Positions 45,534-54,955 of a stretch of DNA of 64,000 nt are shown here, piece after piece. The number at the start of each line of letters is the position of its first letter. Within the stretch, counting starts at the first letter, position 1. Origin of the DNA: Terriglobia bacterium. Lineage in GTDB: Bacteria > Acidobacteriota > Terriglobia > Terriglobales > Acidobacteriaceae. The notes below the pieces were generated by a model, which was not told the DNA's origin, made no database searches, and saw only the letters and a list, made by a program, of their open reading frames with translations. Both the position numbers and the translations under genes were made by a program. Where the stretch lies: assembly GCA_963797845.1 (NCBI GenBank), contig CAWCRE010000007.1, positions 13,851-77,850 on the forward strand, written 5' to 3'.

Positions 45534-47233
45534 TTGGTCCCCACTGCCGCGCATCTTACCCACAAAGCCCTCACGGGAATTGATATTGCGATCATCGCCG
45601 TTTACTTCATCATCATCTTTGCGATCGGCTTTTACTTCGCACGCAAGGAGCGCACGTCCACCGACTATTTCCTGGCTAGCCGCAATGTGGGGTGGTTCGC
45701 GATCGGGGCTTCGCTATTTGTCTCGAACATTTCCACCGAGCATTTCATAGGACTTGCCGGTTCGGGGGCAACTTCCGGGCTCGCGGTCGGCCATTTCGAA
45801 TGGCTGGCTTGCATGATTTTGCTGATCCTGGGATGGGTGTTCGTTCCGTTTTATCTGCGATCCAACGTTTTTACCATGCCGGAATTTCTGGAGCGCCGTT
45901 TCAGCCGCTCCTGCGCTGTGTACCTTGCCAGCATTTCGATTCTGGCTTACGTGTTTACGAAGATTTCGGTTCATCTGTATGCGGCGGCCGTTGTCCTCGA
46001 GCGTGTCGTGGGATGGAGTCCTCTGACGGCAGCGGTCATTCTGGTGGTGGCGACAGGGATTTACACGATTGCCGGAGGACTGGCAGCAGTCATCTACACC
46101 GACCTGGTGCAAACGCTGATCCTGATTGTGGGTGCTGTGATCCTGACGGCCATTGGACTCCACCGGGTTGGAGGTTTCGAAGGTCTGCGAGCGGCGGTGC
46201 CCGCAAATTACTTCCATATGATCAAGCCCGCATCCGACCCAGAATTTCCCTGGACTGGAATCTTCTTCGGCGCTCCTATCTTGGGCATCTGGTATTGGTG
46301 TACGGACCAGGTGATTGTGCAGCGCGTTTTATCCGCGAAAGATGAAGGCCATGCGAAGGCGCCACGATCTTTGCCGGTTTTCTGAAAATACTTCCGGTGT
46401 TCATGCTGGTGTTGCCGGGATTGATCGCCTTCGCCCTTTATCGCGACATGTTTCATGTCTCAGCGGAGGGACAAGTACTGAACGGCGACATCGCCTATCC
46501 GACGCTCATCATCAATCTGTTGCCCACCGGGCTGGTGGGACTGATGATTGCTGCTCTGTTAGCCGCACTCATGGGAGCCATGAGTTCCGTGTTTAACTCG
46601 GCTTCGACGCTGGTGACGCTGGACTTCTATAAAAAGATCAAGCCCGATGCGTCAGAGCGCCAACTGGTGACCTTCGGCAGGATCATGACCGGCGTGATGG
46701 TGGTGCTGGGATTGGCTTGGGTTCCGTTCATCCACCTGATCAGCAGCCAACTCTACATTTATCTTCAGAGCGTGCAGGCGTACATCAGCCCGCCGATCGC
46801 CTCCTGCTTCATACTCGGAATCCTTTGGCCGCGGCTGAATGCCCAGGGCGCGATCAGTTCGTTGCTGACGGGATTTGTGCTGGGCTCGGTGCGTTTTATT
46901 TTCGAGATCATGGACCGGGCGGGAGGCGGGCATCGCTTCGACAATCCCGCCATCCGCTGGCTGATCGACATCAACTTTCTCCATTACGCGATTCTGATGT
47001 TTGTGATTTGCTCCGCCGTGCTCATTGCGGTCAGTCTGATGGGACCAGCACCAGCTAGGCAAAAACTCGCAGGGCTCACTTTCGCAACCGTCGACGAAAA
47101 AATGGACGTCGTTCCAGTTCAGCCAACCTCGCGTAAGCCTGCGGCGGAAACAGCGGCGGAACACAGGGTCAACCTGGTTTTCAGCGTCGCCCTGGTGCTC
47201 ACGGTCGTGAGCTTGTGGGTCTACTTCCGATAG
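45534..47233 (+). pseudogene. sodium:solute symporter (SSS/SGLT-like), one frameshift near 46360
   Basis: TTG start with a GGGAGGA RBS. ...DYFLASRNVGWFAIGASLFVSNISTEHFIGLAGSG...GIYTIAGGLAAVIYTDLVQT...WYWCTDQVIVQRVLSAKDEGHAK / GATIFAGFLKILPVFMLVLPGLIAF...AALMGAMSSVFNSASTLVTLDFY... Confidence 0.85.
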
Positions 47234-47239
47234 CGCTTT

Positions 47240-47803
47240 ATGCCCAGGATTCGAAGCTTGCGGGCCAACGTGACTCGCGAAGAAGCGATGACGCAATTTT
47301 CGAGTCCGGGAGTCGGCACCTCTCTGCGTAATGCCGTGTACGGCCCCCTGCGTTCGGTTGCCGATTTCTATATTCCCTTTTTGCTGTTTCAAGTCGAGAT
47401 AGAGAACCGAGGTCAATCCATCAGCCGCATCTACGGATTGGACGCGATTAACGGTTCGCTCGACCCTTACGAGTTCGAAGATTTCCCGGGGCCTTCCGAC
47501 ATCCTCTATCTGGAGACGCGGAATTGTGCGAAACCTCTTCTCGATGAGGCTGACGCGAAGGAGTTGCTGATTGCGAAGATTCGCAAACTCCACTTCTCAA
47601 CCGGTTTTTTTCGCATGTGGAATTTCCGCATCCATGCCCAGCCTGTGCCCGGCGAAATACATATACCCTACTGGATCGGATTTCGCGGACGCGGCCCCAA
47701 GGCGCGAGTCGCGATCATCGACGCGATGCGTCGCACTGTGGAAGGGGCGAAAGTGCGTCATCTGCTCCAGGAATGGCTCACCTCGATCACCGTTAACTCC
47801 TGA
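47240..47803 (+). CDS. soluble protein of unknown function, 6 nt downstream of the symporter
   Basis: Intact 187-aa ORF (…FYIPFLLFQVEIENRGQSISRIYGLDAINGSLDPYEFEDFPG…IHIPYWIGFRGRG…). I recognise no family. Confidence 0.6.
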   Translation: MPRIRSLRANVTREEAMTQFSSPGVGTSLRNAVYGPLRSVADFYIPFLLFQVEIENRGQSISRIYGLDAINGSLDPYEFEDFPGPSDILYLETRNCAKPLLDEADAKELLIAKIRKLHFSTGFFRMWNFRIHAQPVPGEIHIPYWIGFRGRGPKARVAIIDAMRRTVEGAKVRHLLQEWLTSITVNS

Positions 47804-47968
47804 TTTCTCAATCCTCTACGAAGCTTCATTCCGAGTACTTTCGTAATGCATGAGCCGGTGCCGAGGCGGGATATTCTAGTCGTACTTCCCCGATGCCAGC
47901 CGAAAAGCATCGTCGTCTCTGACGAGAGGGCGAGAGATTGTGTTGTCCGAATTGAGGGTCAGGCCGAA

Positions 47969-50479
47969 ATGTCGAACAAGATTGGACGATTTGAAATCCT
48001 CAGTGAGATTGCCTCTTCCGTCAACGGTTCCGTCTACAAAGCCACGGACGAAGAAAGCAATCAGACCGTCGCCCTGAAGACGTTGAAGCTGGAAGTGCTC
48101 GGCGTGCAAGCCGACGCCGTGGTGCAAAGCGTCTTGGAAGAGGCGGAAATCAGCAAGGCTCTCAACAGTCCCAACATCGCATTGCTCTATGGCGCGGGCG
48201 AAATCGATTCCATGCTCTGCGCGGCAATGGAGTATGTCCAGGGCAACAGCATCGCCACCATGCTCGCGCGCAAAGAAGGCTTCTCGGTGTGGGACCTCAT
48301 GGATATCTCGCGCCAGACTTGCCAGGGCCTCGATCACGCACTGGTGCACAAAGTCGTGCATTACAGCCTGGAGCCGGCAAAGATCATGGTGCAGTGGGAC
48401 GGGACGGTGAAGATCCTGAGCTTCGGCACCTCCATGATGGGGGCGCATGCAGCCCAAGCCCAAGGTGCGGCCCCGGAAGTCCTGCACTACATGTCTCCGG
48501 AACAGTTACGCGCCGACCCACTCGATTCTCGTTCCAATTTCTTCAGTCTGGCCGCGATTCTCTACGAGATGGTGACCGAGCGTAAAGCTTTCCAGGGGGA
48601 CGATGCGGAACAGGTTCGTCAGTCCATCTTGGAGATGACACCGGTCGCTCCGGACCACGTCAATCCCAAGATCCATCCAGCGTTGAGCGAAGTTATCATG
48701 AAAGCGCTCGCGAAGGATCCCGACCAGCGTTATCAATGCGGGCAGGATCTGATCAATGATTTAGAGAGGTGCAAGGAAAGCGCAACCAAGACCAGCGCCG
48801 CCAAGAAAGCAGCGCCGGCCCCGCAAGCCAACAATGCACCCAATAAGATCGCTCCTCCCGCACCTGCCAAGCCGAAAGAAACGGTGGTGGTTGCTGCTCC
48901 GCCGAAACCGGCGATGGAGAAGCCACGGCCAGAGTTCGCCGCAAAGCCCGAAGCGCCCGCGGTCGTAGCTCAGAACGAGTTCGAAGTGAAGACTCGCGCG
49001 CCCGAGCCAGAAAAACCTGCTTCCGATTGGAAAGCGGCCGCAGCGGCTGCGGGATGGGGTGGGGGCAGCACCAGCGTTGAACCTACTGCGCGACGAACGT
49101 CTCAGGTCGAGTCTCAAGCGAAATTCGGCTCAACCCTCGGCGGTCATACCAAAGAAGAAGCCACCATGTCGGCAGCCACGGCGGAGCCGGAAGTTGAGAC
49201 TCCCGCTATCCATGTGGATCCGACGATGGTTGAAACCAAGAAAGCTCCTGCCAGCAGCGGGCCCAGCTTCTCGGAAATCAGCGAACTTCCGCCGCTGAAA
49301 GAAGTCTATGTTGCGCCTGCTCCGCCCCCGCCGCCAACCGAAGCGGTGCAGGAGGTAGAGCATCCGGTTTTTAAAGCGCCGGTTCCCGAAAAAGTGAAGA
49401 TTCAGCCGCGCGAAGTGGCCCGGAAAGCGGTTACCGAAATCAAAAAGACTCCGCCCAAGCTGGTCATGTATTCCGTGGCAGCGGCCATTGCCATCGTGCT
49501 ACTGGTGATTCTGGGAATCGCGTTCCATATACACAACGAAAATTCTGACGACGATAGCGCCTCGGCACAGACAGCGCGGGCTCCCATCCAGGCCGCTCCG
49601 GCGCCGGTTCAGCCAGCGGCTGCTCCGGCAGCTGCGCCCCAACAAGTCGTGACCACTCCGGTGGAGGCGATTCCGGCGGAGCCGGCCAGCGTTTCGGTCA
49701 CCCCGAAACATAATGCCAAGCAGAAGAAGCAAGGCAAGGTTGCTCCGGCGCCTGCGCCCGCTCTAGTTCCCGGCCAGCTTACGGTGAACTCCACGCCCGA
49801 GGGAGCAGCCATCGCCATGGACGGACACAGCGACGCGGGATGGGTCACCCCCTATAACCTCACTGGCCTCGCACCCGGTCAACACACGATTACGGTCAGC
49901 CGCCCCGGATTCGGTTCCGAGACTCGCACCATCGAAGTCGGTTCGGGCAGCAAGTCATTTCTGTCGGTGCAGCTGGCACAGTTGAGCGCGAGCCTTTCTG
50001 TCACCAGCGATCCGGTGGGAGCCGCCATCTTCCTTGACGGCAAAGATAGCGGCCACGTCACTCCCACGCAGATTTCGGTAGACAAGTCGGGGAGCCACAC
50101 AATTCTAGTCAAGAAGCAGGGATATCTGGACGAGACCACGACGGCCAATCTTCAGGCGGGCCAGACATTCCACTACGCGGCGACCCTTCGTCCCTTGGGA
50201 TCGACGGATGAAATCAAGACAGTCAGCAAATTAAAGAAAGTCTTCGGCGGCAGCGATGCGGCGGGAATGGGAACTGTCAGCATTAAGACGAATCCCAAGG
50301 GAGCGCAAATCGCCGTGAATCGCCGCGTGCTCGACAAAGTGTCGCCCGTGGATTTCTACCTGAATCCCGGCACTTACGTGATCGACATTACTTTGTCTGG
50401 TTTCCAACCAGTGCAGAAAGTGGTGACGGTCGACAAAGGCGGCAAAGTCGCGGTCGACGAGGTCCTACAGCGCCAATAA
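47969..50479 (+). CDS. Ser/Thr-kinase-fold pseudokinase - Pro/Ala linker - TM - three PEGA domains
   Basis: The kinase fold is present but catalytic motifs are replaced. The Gly loop reads ASSVNGSVY, HRDLKPxN reads HYSLEPAK, DFG reads SFG and APE reads SPE. VALKTLK is retained. TM is LVMYSVAAAIAIVLLVILGIAF. PEGA repeats are LTVNSTPEGAAIAMDG, LSVTSDPVGAAIFLDG and VSIKTNPKGAQIAVNR. Confidence 0.8.
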   Translation: MSNKIGRFEILSEIASSVNGSVYKATDEESNQTVALKTLKLEVLGVQADAVVQSVLEEAEISKALNSPNIALLYGAGEIDSMLCAAMEYVQGNSIATMLARKEGFSVWDLMDISRQTCQGLDHALVHKVVHYSLEPAKIMVQWDGTVKILSFGTSMMGAHAAQAQGAAPEVLHYMSPEQLRADPLDSRSNFFSLAAILYEMVTERKAFQGDDAEQVRQSILEMTPVAPDHVNPKIHPALSEVIMKALAKDPDQRYQCGQDLINDLERCKESATKTSAAKKAAPAPQANNAPNKIAPPAPAKPKETVVVAAPPKPAMEKPRPEFAAKPEAPAVVAQNEFEVKTRAPEPEKPASDWKAAAAAAGWGGGSTSVEPTARRTSQVESQAKFGSTLGGHTKEEATMSAATAEPEVETPAIHVDPTMVETKKAPASSGPSFSEISELPPLKEVYVAPAPPPPPTEAVQEVEHPVFKAPVPEKVKIQPREVARKAVTEIKKTPPKLVMYSVAAAIAIVLLVILGIAFHIHNENSDDDSASAQTARAPIQAAPAPVQPAAAPAAAPQQVVTTPVEAIPAEPASVSVTPKHNAKQKKQGKVAPAPAPALVPGQLTVNSTPEGAAIAMDGHSDAGWVTPYNLTGLAPGQHTITVSRPGFGSETRTIEVGSGSKSFLSVQLAQLSASLSVTSDPVGAAIFLDGKDSGHVTPTQISVDKSGSHTILVKKQGYLDETTTANLQAGQTFHYAATLRPLGSTDEIKTVSKLKKVFGGSDAAGMGTVSIKTNPKGAQIAVNRRVLDKVSPVDFYLNPGTYVIDITLSGFQPVQKVVTVDKGGKVAVDEVLQRQ

Positions 50480-50505
50480 AAGTCGCTTTAAACTTCGACA
50501 TTTAC

Positions 50506-50538
50506 CGGCCCGCCGACCACGGTGGGCCGTTTGTTTTT
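50506..50538 (+). terminator. rho-independent terminator after the PEGA pseudokinase
   Basis: cggcccgcc gaccac ggtgggccg (one G-T pair) followed by tttgttttt. Confidence 0.55.
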
Positions 50539-50584
50539 GGAGTGAAGGCTTCGGCTGCCTCTCATCGCGCCAGTAGCCTCGAGA

Positions 50585-51136
50585 GTGGCTCCAAATCTGT
50601 CACTCAACTGGGTGATGAATGTCACATATGGTTCGTGCGTCCCTGCGATAGAAAAAAGCTGGAAGTGGGGAAACTTGGAAAGTCTGTCGGCCAACCGGCG
50701 CGCCCTCGACCTGTGGGACCAATTGCGAGCGCTCAAAATGTCTCGCAAGTATGGCGCTGGAGATGTGGCTTTCAAGTACGGCCAGCCAGCCTCCGGGATT
50801 TACCTGATCGAAAGCGGGCAACTGCGATTATCCATGCCCCGCCAATCCGGAAGAGATCGCATCTTTGACGTGGTCGGTCCGGGATGTGTGCTGGGACTAA
50901 GTGAAGTGCTGAGCGGAGAGCCGCATAAACTCACAGCGCAAGCGGTGGTGGAATGCGACTTGTCTTTTGTGGATCGCGAGAAGTTTATGCACGTTTTGAA
51001 GATTCATCCCGACCTGTGCATACACATCGTACGCCAGCTCAGCGAAGACCTGCACGGTCTGTATTATCGATATCGCACGACTCAGGATCGTCCAGGAAAG
51101 CCTCGCAAGAAGAATTTTCCGCCGCACGTGAATTAG
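50585..51136 (+). CDS. stand-alone cyclic-nucleotide-binding domain protein (no DNA-binding domain)
   Basis: RKYGAGDVAFKYGQPASGIYLIESGQLRLSMPRQSGRDRIFDVVGPGCVLGLSEVLSGEPHKLTAQAVVECDL. There is no Crp-type HTH after the dimerisation helix. The start is uncertain (GTG 50585 or ATG 50615). Confidence 0.65.
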   Translation: MAPNLSLNWVMNVTYGSCVPAIEKSWKWGNLESLSANRRALDLWDQLRALKMSRKYGAGDVAFKYGQPASGIYLIESGQLRLSMPRQSGRDRIFDVVGPGCVLGLSEVLSGEPHKLTAQAVVECDLSFVDREKFMHVLKIHPDLCIHIVRQLSEDLHGLYYRYRTTQDRPGKPRKKNFPPHVN

Positions 51137-51205
51137 GACGCGGAAAACAAGAGAGCCGCCGGCGATGACCGGCGGCCCTTGTCTACGAGGTGAGAGACTG
51201 ACTCA

Positions 51206-51847
51206 TTACCAACGGCGGCGTCCGCCTCCCATGGTTTCCTCGTACCCCTGGCGATAAGCGTCGCGATACTCGGCTTTGTATTGGTTCTTATCTCCGTATC
51301 GCGAACTGTACCCACGATCAGAGTTATTGCCGCTGCGCGGGTTCGGATTGTATGGCTTACCGTGTTGCTCATCGGAGCGCGCTACTGTGACTCCGTCCTG
51401 GTAGCCATAGTCGCGAGCGGGACTGCGTCCCCAGCTGCCGCCGCGCCCGGGCCAATCCGCAGGCTGGTACACACGATCGTCGCGGTCGCGGTCGCGATCG
51501 CGATCGCCCCACCCTCCACGGTTGCTCTGGTAAAAAGCTTCCTGGTATCCCCGCTGGTAGCCCTCACGATATCCGTCGCGAAATCGGTCTTTGGACCCCA
51601 TCCACCCTTGATACCCATTAGTGGCACGGTCATAGTCGCGAGTGCGGAAATCGTTAGGGTCATTTTCCCGCGCTTCTTCCCGCCCATGCCGAAGACCGTC
51701 GCGGTAGCCATTGTCAAAACCGTACTGCTGCGCCTGGGCGGAACTGCCTCCGCGGTAGTAGTCGTCATCGTCGCGTGCCAGCGCTAAGCCGCTCAGGACC
51801 ATCGTAATTGCCATGGCGTACGCCGCCATCTTCATTTGTCGTCTCAT
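51206..51847 (-). CDS. secreted Arg/Asp/Gly/Tyr-rich repeat protein, unknown function
   Basis: Signal peptide MKMAAYAMAITMVLSGLALA. There is an internal duplication (YGFDNGYRDG...RDGYREGYQRGYQEAF versus YGYQDGVTV...YRDAYRQGYEETM) and an RDRDRDRDD tract. Confidence 0.65.
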   Translation of the reverse strand: MRRQMKMAAYAMAITMVLSGLALARDDDDYYRGGSSAQAQQYGFDNGYRDGLRHGREEARENDPNDFRTRDYDRATNGYQGWMGSKDRFRDGYREGYQRGYQEAFYQSNRGGWGDRDRDRDRDDRVYQPADWPGRGGSWGRSPARDYGYQDGVTVARSDEQHGKPYNPNPRSGNNSDRGYSSRYGDKNQYKAEYRDAYRQGYEETMGGGRRRW

Positions 51848-52123
51848 GGATTCCTCCCACCGCGCTCTTTATCCGGCTTCGGAGGGCTTTCCGATTTCTG
51901 GATCGCCCTCCGACCCGGTGAGTGGCCTCGGTATCTACATCAGTCCGATGCGGCGCGGGGCGAATTTTGCTGCCTAAGTCTTACCTAAATTCTTTGCTTT
52001 GTTAACCTTAAGCGAATCTTAACGAAACTTTTCGCCGCAACTTTCCAGACGATGAAGGGTTGAACGCCGCCCGGTTGCCGGGGTGTTAGACTTTCCAGTT
52101 TTCTTTTCTTACCAGGAGCACTT

Positions 52124-52975
52124 ATGAGCGAGATTCGTCGTGTCGGGGTAATTGGCGCGGGAACCATGGGGAACGGAATTGCCCATGTCTTCGCGCGTCG
52201 TGGATTTCACGTGATTCTCTGCGATGTGGAACAGAGATTCCTCGATCGCGGCCTCGCCACCATCGACAAGAACCTGGAACGCGAAGTATTGAAAAACAAG
52301 ATCACGGCCGACGATCGCGCGTCGGCCATGAAAAATATCGAGACCGTGCTCGATCGCGCCAAATTAGCGGATTGTGATTTCATCATCGAAGCCGCGACTG
52401 AGAAATTTGAAATCAAAGCCGAAATATTTCGTGATCTCGATCGCGTCTGCCGTCCGGAGGTGATTCTTGCTTCCAATACTTCGTCCATTTCGATTACGAA
52501 AATTGCCGCGCTCACCAAGCGCCCTGAGAATGTGATTGGGATGCACTTCTTCAATCCAGTGCCGGTGATGAAACTGGTGGAAGTGATTCGCGGCCTCGCC
52601 ACCGCCAGCGAAACCTTTCAGACAGTTCGCGATCTGGCAGTGAAACTGGAGAAGACGCCGGTTGAAGTCAACGATGCTCCCGGTTTTGTCTCCAATCGAG
52701 TATTGATGCCATTGCTGAACGAGGCCATGTACTCGGTGATGGAAGGAGTGGCAACGGCGGAAGCCGTGGACGAAGTATTCAAGCTGGGTATGGCGCATCC
52801 CATGGGTCCGTTAACGCTCGCGGATTTTATCGGCCTGGACGTCTGCCTCGACATCATGCGGGTTCTGCAAGATGGACTGGGCGATCCGAAATACCGCCCT
52901 TGCCCCCTGCTCATCAAAATGGTCGACGCGGGATGGCTGGGCAGGAAGAGCGGGAGAGGGTTTTACAAATACTGA
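52124..52975 (+). CDS. hbd: 3-hydroxybutyryl-CoA dehydrogenase
   Basis: [18 protein letters not shown]...[15 protein letters not shown]...[12 protein letters not shown]...[19 protein letters not shown]...[20 protein letters not shown]...[13 protein letters not shown]...[11 protein letters not shown]. Confidence 0.92.
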   Translation: MSEIRRVGVIGAGTMGNGIAHVFARRGFHVILCDVEQRFLDRGLATIDKNLEREVLKNKITADDRASAMKNIETVLDRAKLADCDFIIEAATEKFEIKAEIFRDLDRVCRPEVILASNTSSISITKIAALTKRPENVIGMHFFNPVPVMKLVEVIRGLATASETFQTVRDLAVKLEKTPVEVNDAPGFVSNRVLMPLLNEAMYSVMEGVATAEAVDEVFKLGMAHPMGPLTLADFIGLDVCLDIMRVLQDGLGDPKYRPCPLLIKMVDAGWLGRKSGRGFYKY

Positions 52976-53091
52976 AGTTTCAAGGTTTCAAGTTTCAGAG
53001 TTTCACGGACGGATGCCGCAAACCCGATTCGCATCGGGCAAGGCTACCATCAGGTCTCTGGACCTTGAACCTTTGAACCTTTGAAACCTTT
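52974..53091. repeat. inverted tandem-word arrays (gtttcaag-type / cttgaacc-type) flanking a 57-nt core
   Basis: The left array is gaagtttcaaggtttcaagtttcagagtttca. The right array is ccttgaacctttgaacctttgaaaccttt, approximately its reverse complement. The core contains the hairpin cccgat tcgc atcggg. Confidence 0.55.
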
Positions 53092-53094
53092 ACC

Positions 53095-53424
53095 ATGAGA
53101 TCCGCTCCCATCTACGCGCTCGCTGTCGTCCTCGGCATCGCGGCTGGCGTACTCGACGTGATGATAGGCGACTTGCTGTTAACTGCGCTTTTCGTGCTGG
53201 CTTCGACTATGCTGCTGGGCATCTTGCGTCCGGAAAGGCCGTGGCGCTGGACGCTGCTGGTCGCGGTTTTTGTTCCGCTGTTACAAGTGCTCGCCTATTT
53301 GTTCCTCACAGAAAAGCCATATCGCGCGCAGATCTATGAAGCGTTCTTAGGATTCTTGACCGGAACCGCTGGAGCATATTCGGGCGCAGCGGGAAGAAGG
53401 GCGCTGCAGGCTTTGAGGAAGTAA
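53095..53424 (+). CDS. 3-TM membrane protein, unknown function
   Basis: MRSAPIYALAVVLGIAAGVLDVMIGDLLLTALFVLASTMLLGIL...LLVAVFVPLLQVLAYLF. Confidence 0.55.
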   Translation: MRSAPIYALAVVLGIAAGVLDVMIGDLLLTALFVLASTMLLGILRPERPWRWTLLVAVFVPLLQVLAYLFLTEKPYRAQIYEAFLGFLTGTAGAYSGAAGRRALQALRK

Positions 53425-53428
53425 GTAA

Positions 53429-53593
53429 TCAGCATTCAGTAGTCGACACTCAGCATTCAGCATTCAGCATTCAGCCACAAAGACCTGTGCTAGTACGCAG
53501 CCGCTAAACCGATTGTCATTCCGAGCCAACGGCGAGGAATCTGCTTTCGCTTGCTGCTCCGCCGCGCCAGGCCCGGCTGAATGCTGAACGCTG
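53429..53593. repeat. composite element: (cagcattc)n array - core with a GTCATTCCGAGCC...GAGGAATCTGC unit - inverted gctgaatgctgaa
   Basis: tcagcattcag (53429-53439), tcagcattcagcattcagcattcagc (53450-53476), unit gtcattccgagccaacggcgaggaatctgct (53515-53545), and inverted gctgaatgctgaacgctg (53575-53593). Confidence 0.6.
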
Positions 53594-53655
53594 TGTGCTG
53601 CCTTCCCCCAAAAGTTACTCCCGCTTCCACAGAGGAAGCGCGTATCCTGCGGCAT

Positions 53656-54460
53656 ATGGGAGTTTCTGTCTCGGTGCTGGCCAGTGGCAGCCGTGGAAAC
53701 AGCGCCATGGTGTGCAGCGCGACCACCAGGATTTTGGTGGATGCCGGGATCTCGTGTCGCGAGACTTTCAAGCGTATGAAGGCCGCGGGTGAAGACCCGA
53801 GCCATCTTTCGGCCATTGTGATTACGCACGAGCACTCCGACCACGTCTACGGGCTGGCCACGCTGGCGAAGAAGCTCAGCATTCCCATCTTCATGACCGG
53901 GCGCGACCCACCATTGTTGGTCACGTTCGATTCGCAATGCGACCGGGGAGCCGCCGCAAGTCTCAAAGCTGGAAGTCTTCTCCGCGGGACGTCGCTTCGT
54001 GGTGGGCGATATTGAAGTGATGCCCTTTACCATTCCGCATGATGCCGCCGACCCGGTAGGATTCACCTTCCACTCGGAAGGCGTGAAGATCGGGTTCGCC
54101 ACCGATTTGGGGTATGTGCCGGTGAGCGTGCGCGATCATCTAAGAGGATGTGACGTGCTGCTGATGGAATCGAATCATGATGTTGAGATGTTGCGGATCG
54201 GCCCTTACCCCTGGTCCGTTAAACAGCGTGTAATGAGTCGAGTAGGCCATCTCTCCAATGACGCCCTCGCGGAATTCTTTTGCAGCGACTATGATGGAGG
54301 AGCAACTTACGTCATCTTGGCGCATCTATCTGAGCAGAACAATCATCCAGAATTGGCGCGCAAGGCGGCGGAGAAGGCATTGGGCCCTCGCGCGAACTTA
54401 TTGCATAACCGCGTGTTGTTGGCGGAGCAGTCGGAGCCGCTGGAAGCGATCCGGCTGTAG
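53656..54460 (+). pseudogene. MBL-fold metallo-hydrolase (YycJ/PhnP-like), about 2 frameshifts (53890-53990)
   Basis: VSVLASGSRGNSAMV...ILVDAGIS...SAIVITHEHSDHVYGL...IPIFMTG / ... / FVVGDIEVMPFTIPHDAADPVGFTF...KIGFATDLG...DVLLMESNHD...GHLSN...VILAHLSEQNNHPELA. Confidence 0.8.
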
Positions 54461-54466
54461 TACAGC

Positions 54467-54907
54467 ATGAGTCAGTGTGTAGATCCTATCGTGGGCAAAA
54501 TCCTCGCGGGCTGGCGTTACGACATCTCCAGCCTGGCACCAGAGATGCGTGGCGATTACGAGGACCACTTTCTAAGCTGCGAACATTGCCGTTCGCGGCA
54601 GCATCTTCATCGCACGATAGACGTGGGCTTGATTACGCTGGCTTCGGTTTCAGCGGCGGTCTTCTTGTTAGCCTTTGGCGTGATCCGCCACTTTGGTCCG
54701 CGGCACGCTTTCTGGCTTGAGATCGCGGCTCTGGCGGGCTTCGCGCTTTCCGCTTTGATCTGGCTGATCGTCGCCGTCGCGACTCCGGCGCCCATGGCCG
54801 TGGTGGACGCCGCGAAAATTGGTGCCCGCCATGTGCATGACCGTTTGCCGGCGGAAATTCGCGAGCGCCTTCCCGAAGATTTGCGAGTCAAGTTAACCGG
54901 GTCGTAA
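54467..54907 (+). CDS. membrane protein with an N-terminal H-x3-C-x2-C (ZAS-like) motif
   Basis: HFLSCEHC motif, then 2 TM helices (VGLITLASVSAAVFLLAFGVI and LEIAALAGFALSALIWLIVAVA). It starts 6 nt after the MBL gene. Confidence 0.55.
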   Translation: MSQCVDPIVGKILAGWRYDISSLAPEMRGDYEDHFLSCEHCRSRQHLHRTIDVGLITLASVSAAVFLLAFGVIRHFGPRHAFWLEIAALAGFALSALIWLIVAVATPAPMAVVDAAKIGARHVHDRLPAEIRERLPEDLRVKLTGS

Positions 54908-54955
54908 AGTGGCTTCTGCGAAACCATTCATTCGTCGTCGCATCACACTTTTGAA

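Noticed and set aside
50488-50775. 95-aa minus-strand ORF after the PEGA pseudokinase
   Set aside because: It overlaps the terminator hairpin and the 5' part of the cNMP-binding gene on the other strand, and it has no RBS or motif.
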